The notes beneath the pieces are model-generated. The model was given only the letters and a program-made list of their open reading frames with translations. It did no database searches and was not told the origin of the DNA. A DNA stretch of 58,596 nucleotides from Gaiellaceae bacterium (lineage in GTDB: Bacteria > Actinomycetota > Thermoleophilia > Gaiellales > Gaiellaceae): assembly GCA_035559835.1 (NCBI GenBank), contig DATMAP010000050.1:1-58596 (forward strand), in the 5' to 3' direction. The translations under genes and the position numbers were made by a program. Of the stretch, positions 37,048 to 44,777 are shown piece by piece (within the stretch, counting starts at the first letter, position 1; each line of letters opens with the position of its first letter).

Positions 37048-37832
37048 AGCACCTTGGCGAACTCGCGTTGCTCGCGGGCGTAGACGGGCAGGAGCACCGC
37101 GAGCACGAGCAACGCCGCTGCGGCCGGGACGAGAAGCTGCCAGGCCTGCGGGCTGCGCCCGTAGAGGAAGACCGAGCGGTATGCCTCGAAGAGGCCGCTC
37201 AGGGGGTTCAGCGGCAGGAGGTCGTGCGCCCGGCCCCGGATGTCGGCCAGCGCTACGAGCCCTGGGGCGAGGAAGAACATGGCTCGCACGAAGCTGATCG
37301 CGAGCGCGCGCAGATCGGGGAACCAGAGCCCGAAGAGCGACGCGCCGTACGCGCAGGCCACGGCGACGAGGACGTTGACGGCGAGCACGACCGGCAGCCA
37401 CAGCACTGCGAGCGTGGGGGCGATCGCATACGCAGCCATCATCAGAGCCACGAGCAGCAGGCTGGAGCCGAAGGCGAGCGTCTCGGTGAGAGCGCCCGCC
37501 AGCGGGATCAGCGTTCGCTGAAAGCCCATGTTGAGGATGATCGAGGAGCGGGAGGCCACCGACCCGAGCCCGTTCGTCACCGACAGCATCACGAGCTGGA
37601 ACGGGATCACCGCGCACGCGAGGCTCAATCCCGCGGCGAGACCGGGGCGATGGATGACGAACGTGACGAGGAGCAGGTAGACGCCCACGAGCGCGAAGGG
37701 GTCGAGCAGCCACTTCACGAGGCGGAAGCCGCCGCGGCCGTAGCGGGCGCGGAGATCCGACTCCGTGAGCGCCAAGAGGACGTCGAGCCCGACTCCGGCC
37801 GCCAGTGCACGAACGTGCGCCAAGGGCGGCAC
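37044..37832 (-). CDS. ABC-2 type transporter permease (Wzm-like)
   Basis: ...SDLRARYGRGGFRLVKWLLDP... then six hydrophobic helices. ATGA overlap with the ATPase gene. Start GTG 37832 chosen; TTG near 37898 is possible. Confidence 0.7.
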   Translation of the reverse strand: MPPLAHVRALAAGVGLDVLLALTESDLRARYGRGGFRLVKWLLDPFALVGVYLLLVTFVIHRPGLAAGLSLACAVIPFQLVMLSVTNGLGSVASRSSIILNMGFQRTLIPLAGALTETLAFGSSLLLVALMMAAYAIAPTLAVLWLPVVLAVNVLVAVACAYGASLFGLWFPDLRALAISFVRAMFFLAPGLVALADIRGRAHDLLPLNPLSGLFEAYRSVFLYGRSPQAWQLLVPAAAALLVLAVLLPVYAREQREFAKVL

Positions 37833-37955
37833 GGCTGTGCGGGGCTCCTCGATCTCCGTTGCGGCGGCCTGGCGCTCGATGGAGGCGAGTCTAGGCAACG
37901 GGCGGGAGGGAGCGGGCACGTGGGATACTCCACCCGTGCGCCCCCGGCTCTCGAG

Positions 37956-38789
37956 GTGAGACTTCCGGCCAGCTCGTTTCTCGCGGCACCGCTGAAGAAC
38001 GCGAAGCAGGTGCTGCGCGCACGCCACACGTGGGCCCTCCAGCGCGCTCCCGAGCGGATCTTCCCCAGCTCCTGGCGAACGGGCCCGCCCGACTTCGTGG
38101 GCGTGGGGGTGCAGCGCTCCGGCACCACGTGGTGGTACGCGGCGATCGAGGCACACCCGGAGGTGCACCGGGTCCCCGGTGCCCCGAAGGAGCGGCAGTT
38201 CTTCGAGCCCTTCCACGCCGAGCCGTTCACGGTTGCGTCGGTCGAGCGCTACCACCGTCTCTTCCCGCGCCCGCCGGGGATGGTCACGGGGGAGTGGTCA
38301 CCCGCGTACGTCTACCACTACTGGACGCCGAGGCTGCTCGCCCTCGCAGCGCCCGAGGCCAGGCTTCTCGTACTCCTCCGCGACCCGGTCGAGCGGTACC
38401 TCTCGGCGGTCACCGGGGACGAGCGGAACAAGCGCCGCTCGCATCGCCGGGCGAGCGAAGCGTTCGAGCGCGGCCTCTACTTCGCGCAGCTCTCCCGCTT
38501 GCTCGAGCACTTCGACCGCGAGCAGGTGCTCGTCCTCCAGTACGAGCGCTGCCGTGAGCGACCGGAGGAGGAGCTGCGCCGGACGTACGCCTTCCTCGGG
38601 CTCGGCGACGTCGCCTTCGTGCCCGACATCCTGCACCGGGGTGTGAACGTGACTCGCACCCCCAAGCTCGAGCTCGGCGAGGAGCTGCTCACCTCGCTTC
38701 GAGAGGGCTACCGCCGCGACGCCGAGGCGCTCTTCACCGCGTTCCCCGAGCTCGACCCAGCGCTCTGGCGCGCGCTCGATCCGTCTTGA
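37956..38789 (+). CDS. sulfotransferase domain protein
   Basis: PSB-loop GVGVQRSGTTWWY and 3'-PB motif LLRDPVERYLS. Start uncertain (GTG 37956 or GTG 38010). Confidence 0.75.
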   Translation: MRLPASSFLAAPLKNAKQVLRARHTWALQRAPERIFPSSWRTGPPDFVGVGVQRSGTTWWYAAIEAHPEVHRVPGAPKERQFFEPFHAEPFTVASVERYHRLFPRPPGMVTGEWSPAYVYHYWTPRLLALAAPEARLLVLLRDPVERYLSAVTGDERNKRRSHRRASEAFERGLYFAQLSRLLEHFDREQVLVLQYERCRERPEEELRRTYAFLGLGDVAFVPDILHRGVNVTRTPKLELGEELLTSLREGYRRDAEALFTAFPELDPALWRALDPS

Positions 38790-38817
38790 GCGCCGACCTC
38801 CTCATACCTAGAGTGAG

Positions 38818-40509
38818 ATGCGGGGTGGAGGCCTGAGCGTCGAGCGCCAGCAGCTGCGCCGGAGATTCCGGTTGGCGACCGGATTTCGTTTGCTGCTGCC
38901 CGCCGCGCTCGCGGTCGTCGTCGCCGCACCTGCTGGTGCCGGCCCGAGCCGTCCGCTGCACGGCTCGATCAGCGTCAGCAAGACGGGGAACGGGAGCGGG
39001 GTGGTCGTCTCGTCGCCAGCAGGAATCGACTGCGGCGGAGTCTGCAGCGGCAGCTTCGTCTCGGACGAGTCGCCGGACTACAAGCCTGTCTCGCTGAGCG
39101 CGTCTCCCGACCCCGGGTCCGTGTTCGACGGCTGGGGCGGTGCCTGCTCGGGCGGAGGGGGGTGCACGATCGACCCGGTGAAGATGGGCGCGTCCTACGC
39201 CGTCACGGCATCGTTCACCTCCGTGCGTCCAACGCAGCTCCCGGTTGCGGTGAGCGTGAGCGGGAGCGGCCGCGTGACCTCGAGCCCGGCCGGGATCGAC
39301 TGTCCCTCCATCTGTACGGCGTCCTTCCCCACGGACAGCACGGTGACGCTGAATGTCGCGCCGACTCCGGGCTGGAGCTTCGCCGGCTGGAGCGGGGACT
39401 GCTCGGGCACCGGCACCTGCGCGCTGGTGATGAGTGGCCCCCGCGCGGTCACGGCGACCTTCAGCCCACCCGAGACCGTGTACGCGCTCACGGTTGCCGT
39501 CGAGGGCGGCACGGTCGTGAGCGACATCGAGGGGATCTCCTGTCCCGGGTCGTGTGTCGGCTCGTATGGCGCCGGGGTCACGGTGACGCTCGCTGCTCAG
39601 GGCGGCCCGGCTGCCTGGGAGGGCTCGTGCTCGGGCGAGAGCACCACGTGCCAGGTGACCATGAGCGGCCCGAGGGCAGTCGCGGCGGCCTTTGCCGGGC
39701 GAGGGCACACTCAGGCGCCTCTCGCTGTCGCCGTCGTCGGCAAGGGCGCCGTCTCCAGCAGCCCGATCGGGATCTCGTGCGGTGCGGCCTGCGGAGCCGT
39801 CTTCCCCCGAGGGACCGTCGTCGACCTGAGCGCGACGCCGGAGGCGGGCTGGGCGTTCGCCGGTTGGAGTGGCACCTGCGCCGGGGTCGTGAGGGCATGC
39901 AGAGTGGCGATGCGCGGGCCACGTGTCGCGATTGCCCTCTTCGTCGAGGCCGGGACACGCTTCCCGCTCGCGGTGACGATGGCCGGGCGCGGCGCGGTTC
40001 GTAGCAGGCCAGCCGGGATCGCCTGCTCGCCCTCGTGCAGCGCGAGCTTCCTCGCCGGGAGCACGGTCGTGCTCGAGGCCGTGGCGGCAGAGGGGTGGAC
40101 GTTCGTTCGCTGGAGCGGCGCCTGCGCGGGCTCGAGGAAGGTGTGCTCGCTGGGGATGGACGGTCCCAAGTCCGTCTCGGCCACCTTCGGGCGGCTTGCC
40201 GACCGTGCCGCGCCGCGTGTGAAGTCTCTCCCGAGCACGGGCGCGCCTGGGCGCACGGCACGGCTCCGGTACAGGCTCCGGGAGGAGAGCGGACGCAGCC
40301 GCGAGTGGGCGAGCGTCTTCCGCGGCCACAAGCGCTTGGCAACTGTCCGAGGCCCCCTCGACGAGGTCGAGCCAGGCGTTCTTTTCTACTTCTTGCCCTG
40401 GCGCGTCCCGGCATCGTTCCCACCCTCGATCCTCCGCTTCTGCGTCTGGGCGGTGGATCCGACCGGGAACCGGAGCCCTCCGAGCTGCGCACCCTTGAGG
40501 ATCGGATAG
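38818..40509 (+). CDS. secreted protein with five divergent InlB-B-repeat-like domains
   Basis: Signal-like N-terminus, then five units of about 75-80 aa: G.V.SSPAGI.C...C...F..G..V.L.A.P..GW.F.GWSG.C.G...C.V.M.GPR.V.A.F, each with 4 Cys. Confidence 0.75.
   Translation: MRGGGLSVERQQLRRRFRLATGFRLLLPAALAVVVAAPAGAGPSRPLHGSISVSKTGNGSGVVVSSPAGIDCGGVCSGSFVSDESPDYKPVSLSASPDPGSVFDGWGGACSGGGGCTIDPVKMGASYAVTASFTSVRPTQLPVAVSVSGSGRVTSSPAGIDCPSICTASFPTDSTVTLNVAPTPGWSFAGWSGDCSGTGTCALVMSGPRAVTATFSPPETVYALTVAVEGGTVVSDIEGISCPGSCVGSYGAGVTVTLAAQGGPAAWEGSCSGESTTCQVTMSGPRAVAAAFAGRGHTQAPLAVAVVGKGAVSSSPIGISCGAACGAVFPRGTVVDLSATPEAGWAFAGWSGTCAGVVRACRVAMRGPRVAIALFVEAGTRFPLAVTMAGRGAVRSRPAGIACSPSCSASFLAGSTVVLEAVAAEGWTFVRWSGACAGSRKVCSLGMDGPKSVSATFGRLADRAAPRVKSLPSTGAPGRTARLRYRLREESGRSREWASVFRGHKRLATVRGPLDEVEPGVLFYFLPWRVPASFPPSILRFCVWAVDPTGNRSPPSCAPLRIG
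38956..40191 (+). repeat. five tandem intragenic domain repeats (about 230-240 nt each)
   Basis: Protein-level repeats of the InlB-B-repeat-like unit within the 38818-40509 gene. Boundaries approximate. Confidence 0.7.
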
Positions 40510-40758
40510 GTGGCTGGAGAGATGGGCATCCCGATCCAGGGACCCCATTCGGCCCTCGCGCTCGGCGCCTCCACCTACGGCGGCGAGGGCGAGCCGGAGG
40601 TGACCGACGGGGTGAACCTGCACGGCTACGAGCGGATGGTGGACCCGACTCCGGGCAGGCCTGCGGCGATTGCCGGGCCCGGGTCGACCGCGGGGCGCTT
40701 CGAGGTCGCGCTCGGGGAGCGTCGGCCGCTGGTGGCCGAGGTCGAGGTGCACCCGTGA
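40510..40758 (+). CDS. hypothetical small protein (82 aa)
   Basis: GTG directly after the upstream TAG, with GAGGA 8 nt upstream. Very high GC3. Its TGA overlaps the GTG of the next gene. Confidence 0.45.
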   Translation: MAGEMGIPIQGPHSALALGASTYGGEGEPEVTDGVNLHGYERMVDPTPGRPAAIAGPGSTAGRFEVALGERRPLVAEVEVHP

Positions 40759-42176
40759 GACGGCACACCCTCGCGCTCGCCGCCCTTCTCTGCGTGTTCG
40801 CTCTCGTCGCGCCGGAGGTTGCTACCGCCCACGGGCTGGGTGGCATCCGTGACCTGCCGGTACCAGGCTGGCTCTTCCTCGTCGGCGGCGGGACGGTGCT
40901 CGTCGTTTCGTTCCTCGCGCTCGGGGTGCTCTGGCACGAGCCGAGGCTCCATGTGAACGCAGGTGCCGCCGCTCCCGCCTGGCTGCAGCGAGTCGCTCTC
41001 TCCCGGGTGCTGCGCCTCTTGCTGCGCCTGGTCTCGCTCGGGGTCTTCCTCCTGGTCTGGAGCGCAGCCGCCTTCGGTACCGAGCGCGCGAGCCAGAACC
41101 TCGCGCCCACCTTCGTCTACGTCGTGTTCTGGGTCGGGATGGCCGTTACGGTGGTCCTGCTCGGGAACGTATGGGCGGTTCTCGATCCCTGGCGCACGGT
41201 CGCCGACGCCGCCGCCTGGGCGATCGGCCGGCTCGGCTACCGGCGAGAGCCGCGGGCGTATCCCCGCGAGCTCGGGATCTGGCCGGCTGCGGGACTCCTG
41301 CTCATGTTCACGACGCTCGAGCTCGTCTACCACGACCCAGCCAACCCGCGCGTGCTGGCGGTCGCCATCTTCGTGTACAGCGCCCTCACGTGGTCGGGGA
41401 TGGCCCTCTTCGGGCGCCGCGTCTGGGCCCGGAACGGCGACGGTTTCGCCGTCTACTTCGACTTTCTCTCGCGCGTGTCCCTGTTCGGGACGCGTGAACG
41501 GGAGGGACGCACGGAGGTCGCAATCCGTCAGCCGCTTTCGAAGCTGGCCGAGATCGAGCGGCGCCCCGGCGTCGTCGCGTTCTTCGCCATCATGCTCGGC
41601 ACGGTCGCCTTCGACGGTGTCTCGCGCTCGAGCTGGTGGCTCGACCGGACGTACGACATCCAGACGTCCTTCGCGGATCCGGAGACGGCCGACCGCGTGG
41701 TCATGCTCGTCAATCTCACGGCGCTCGTCACGGCCGTGCTCTTCGTCGCAGGCGTCTATACGGCCGCCGTCAAGGTCGCGGAGCGGGTGATCGGCGGCGG
41801 TGTCTCTCTCGCGGGCGTCTTCGTCTTCAGCCTCGTCCCGATCGCGTTCGTCTACGCGCTCTCGCACTACTTCTCGCTCCTCGTCGTCCAGGGACAGTTC
41901 GCCATCCCGCTCGTCTCGGACCCCTTTGGACGGGGCTGGAACGTGCTCGGAACCGACGGTTTCGAGCCCAAGCTCGACGTGCTCAGCCCGAACATGACCT
42001 GGTACGTGCAGGTGGCTGCGCTCGTCCTCGGCCACGTCGCCGCTCTCGTCGTGGCACACGATCGTGCCGTTGCCAACGCGCCGACGCCGTCGGTCGCCCT
42101 CCGCACGCAGTACGCGATGCTCGCGCTCATGATCCTCTACACCGTCGGCGGGATGTGGCTCCTCTCGATCGGCTAG
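40755..42176 (+). CDS. polytopic integral membrane protein, unknown function
   Basis: GTG 40755 gives VRRHTLALAALLCVFALVAPEVATA/HGLGG..., then about 10-12 hydrophobic helices. No family recognised. Confidence 0.7.
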   Translation: MRRHTLALAALLCVFALVAPEVATAHGLGGIRDLPVPGWLFLVGGGTVLVVSFLALGVLWHEPRLHVNAGAAAPAWLQRVALSRVLRLLLRLVSLGVFLLVWSAAAFGTERASQNLAPTFVYVVFWVGMAVTVVLLGNVWAVLDPWRTVADAAAWAIGRLGYRREPRAYPRELGIWPAAGLLLMFTTLELVYHDPANPRVLAVAIFVYSALTWSGMALFGRRVWARNGDGFAVYFDFLSRVSLFGTREREGRTEVAIRQPLSKLAEIERRPGVVAFFAIMLGTVAFDGVSRSSWWLDRTYDIQTSFADPETADRVVMLVNLTALVTAVLFVAGVYTAAVKVAERVIGGGVSLAGVFVFSLVPIAFVYALSHYFSLLVVQGQFAIPLVSDPFGRGWNVLGTDGFEPKLDVLSPNMTWYVQVAALVLGHVAALVVAHDRAVANAPTPSVALRTQYAMLALMILYTVGGMWLLSIG

Positions 42177-42180
42177 GGTC

Positions 42181-43125
42181 GTGCGCATGCGAGCCCGACG
42201 GATCGCGAGGATGCATCTGGCTGCTGCGGCGCTCGCCGGGGTTGTCGGCCTTGCAGCGCTGACCGCGGGGTCGGCCTCGAGCGCGTCCTCGCGTTCCTCG
42301 GTCGATACGTACATCACTGGCAAGGTCATCGGGCGCATACCTGGACGGAACCTCGCCCTCGTCGAGATTGCCTGGGCCTACAAATGCCTCGGCGACAAGC
42401 TCGGCGAGTCGACCTACCAGTGGACGCTGAAGCTCGTGCGGCGAGCGCCGAAGCCCGAGAGGACGACCACGCTCGGGGAGGGCACGACGAAGAAGGGCAG
42501 CATGCGCCTCCGCCTTCCCCCTGGACAGTACCTGCCGATCGCGGATCCCTTCTTCTGCGAGACCGAGCGTGGCGCGGGCAGCGACAAGCCCGAGGTGGGC
42601 GCGCCGTTCGAGGTGCCCGACTACTGCGCGTGGAAGGTGACTGCAGCCAAGGGTGAGGTGCAGCTCGAAACCGGCGCGGCGGTCAAGCTCGCGAAGGCGG
42701 GATCCTCGGTGCGCCCGGGGGAGACGATCGTGACGCCCGCTGCCGGCTCGGCCACGCTCGTCTCCAACGGCGCGGACGGCCAAGTGGTCACCGGCGTCTC
42801 TACGCGTCTCGGGGTGAGCGCCAAGGGGTGCTCGGGCAAGGGCGCTTGGCGGTTGCAGCTCTCGGGGGGCAGCGTGACGGCCACGGTGCCGCCCAGCGCG
42901 GACACGACGCGTACGTACCAGGTGGCGACGGCGAACGCGACCGCGACCGCACGCGCACGTGCGACCTGGCGTGTGCAGTACGCCGCGGCGGGGCCGAGGA
43001 CTACCGTCAAGGCGCTCGCCGGCGCTGTGGTCGTCGCGGGTCGGGGCCGTTCCGCGGTGACGGTGACGAAAGGCCTGTCCACGGTCGTTACCGGGTCTGC
43101 GGCCCCCAGCAAGCCCGCCCCGTAG
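42181..43125 (+). CDS. secreted hypothetical protein (FecR-like beta-rich C-terminal region)
   Basis: Signal peptide ...AALAGVVGLAALTAGSASS. The segment GEVQLETGAAVKLAKAGSSVRPGETIVTPAAGSATL resembles FecR-domain proteins. Weak call. Confidence 0.55.
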   Translation: MRMRARRIARMHLAAAALAGVVGLAALTAGSASSASSRSSVDTYITGKVIGRIPGRNLALVEIAWAYKCLGDKLGESTYQWTLKLVRRAPKPERTTTLGEGTTKKGSMRLRLPPGQYLPIADPFFCETERGAGSDKPEVGAPFEVPDYCAWKVTAAKGEVQLETGAAVKLAKAGSSVRPGETIVTPAAGSATLVSNGADGQVVTGVSTRLGVSAKGCSGKGAWRLQLSGGSVTATVPPSADTTRTYQVATANATATARARATWRVQYAAAGPRTTVKALAGAVVVAGRGRSAVTVTKGLSTVVTGSAAPSKPAP

Positions 43126-44767
43126 TACGGCCCGTCAGGGCTGCTGCCGAGAGCAGGAAGAACGCTGGGTAGACCGGCACTCCGTACCATCCGAGGAGGA
43201 CGCCCGAGGCGGCATGCACGGCCAGGACGAGGACGGCCAGCGCAGTGAGCGCGAGCAGGACGAGGCTCCCACGGGGCCTGCGCAGGACGAGGGCAACCAG
43301 CCCGACGGCGAGCCAGAAGATCGGGCGCGGGAACTTCCACGACCAGCGCTTGAGCTGTTCCGCGAGCCAGACGGAGCCGTTCCGGGAGGGGAGATCCGCG
43401 TCCCACTCCGAGAGCTGCCGCACGAGCTCCGCGTACTGGCGCTGCTGCGCCGGGTTCTCCCACACGCTCGCCGGGTGGTCGATCGTGCAGCGCTCGAGGT
43501 AAGCGGAGGCGCACCATATCCAGCCGTACTCGGCGGCAGCGAGGAGAGGTCCGAGCGCTTCCGGGTTCGGCACCTTGTGGCCGCGGATCACCGTCGCCTG
43601 TGGCGGCTCGGACTCGGACTCGGGAGCATGCCGGACGCCGGGCTCCCGGATCGGGCGCTTGTGCAGGAAGCTCCACACGCCCGAGGCGATCCGCTCGGTC
43701 AGGGGCCAGAGGGCGAAGGCGCTCCCGTCCCCGCCGTGGCCGTCCTCGTCTCCCTCGCGCGCTGCCCGTCTGAGCACGCGGTAGTCGCTGTCCCAGCCCC
43801 AGAGCCGGTCGGAGAGAGCGAGCAGGTCGATGTACTCGTAGTTCGAGCCCGCGTCGAAGTACGTTTCGACGTCGACGCCGAGGGCGCGGTACTCGGGTTT
43901 CGTCAGGATCTCGCGCTCGACCGCCCGGGCGAGCTGGCGCGAGGCGGGCCCACCCTGGGGGTCGATGTTCCCCGACAGGTACTGGCGGAAGAAGGGGACC
44001 GAAGCGACGCGCAGGCGCGAGATCGTGAAGTCGTCGTAGCGGATCCCGTTGTAGGCAGCCCAACCGGCGAGGAGGGCGACAGCCGTTCCCGCGAAGGCGG
44101 CCGCCCAGGTCAGGCGCTGCCGGAGCCGTCCCGGAAGCACGAGTGGGACGACCGCGAAAGCGAGCAGCACCTGGTTCGGCGGCCGCGTCAGGACGAGCGC
44201 GACGGCGCCCGCGCCGAGGGCGGCGTACCTCCAGGTCGCTGGGCGGCGAGCGGTGAAGACGATACCCAGCGACCAGAGCGCGAAGCCGAGTGCAAAGACG
44301 CCGTCTGCGCCGACGTCGTGGAAGACGGCGCCGAAGGGGGCGTAGGCCAGGAGCACGATCGCCATGAGGACTGCGGGCAGGCGACCGAACGTCAACGCGG
44401 CGGCGCTCCAGGCGACGACCGCGACGGCGTACAGGAGGCTCATGACCGCCTCGAGCAGGAGGGCGCCCCCGAGGTCGAGTGGCACCCCGAGGACGACCGG
44501 AGCGACCGGGGTCCGGAACGCCATCAGGCGGCGGAACACCGGATCCCCTTCCCAGAGCTGGAGGTAGTAGCTCAGGTAATCCCAGGCGTCTCGGCCCCGC
44601 TCGAGCGGCCACGCGACGCTCTCGAGCCAGTAGACCGCGACGGCGGTTGCAAAGAGGAGGGCGGCAGCCTTCTTGGTTTGTGCGAACGCGTCGACGGGCG
44701 CCCACCACCGACGAGGCACGGCCGCAGACCGGCTCCTGAGCCGCCGCAGGGCTCCGGCCTCCGTCAC
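43088..44767 (-). CDS. large polytopic membrane protein, GT-C-like (ArnT/PMT-type) candidate
   Basis: 559 aa. About 9 N-terminal TM helices, a roughly 220-aa soluble loop, then 2 C-terminal TM helices, which is the architecture of GT-C glycosyltransferases. No diagnostic motif verified. Confidence 0.5.
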   Translation of the reverse strand: MTEAGALRRLRSRSAAVPRRWWAPVDAFAQTKKAAALLFATAVAVYWLESVAWPLERGRDAWDYLSYYLQLWEGDPVFRRLMAFRTPVAPVVLGVPLDLGGALLLEAVMSLLYAVAVVAWSAAALTFGRLPAVLMAIVLLAYAPFGAVFHDVGADGVFALGFALWSLGIVFTARRPATWRYAALGAGAVALVLTRPPNQVLLAFAVVPLVLPGRLRQRLTWAAAFAGTAVALLAGWAAYNGIRYDDFTISRLRVASVPFFRQYLSGNIDPQGGPASRQLARAVEREILTKPEYRALGVDVETYFDAGSNYEYIDLLALSDRLWGWDSDYRVLRRAAREGDEDGHGGDGSAFALWPLTERIASGVWSFLHKRPIREPGVRHAPESESEPPQATVIRGHKVPNPEALGPLLAAAEYGWIWCASAYLERCTIDHPASVWENPAQQRQYAELVRQLSEWDADLPSRNGSVWLAEQLKRWSWKFPRPIFWLAVGLVALVLRRPRGSLVLLALTALAVLVLAVHAASGVLLGWYGVPVYPAFFLLSAAALTGRTTGRACWGPQTR

Positions 44768-44777
44768 GGCCGGGAGC

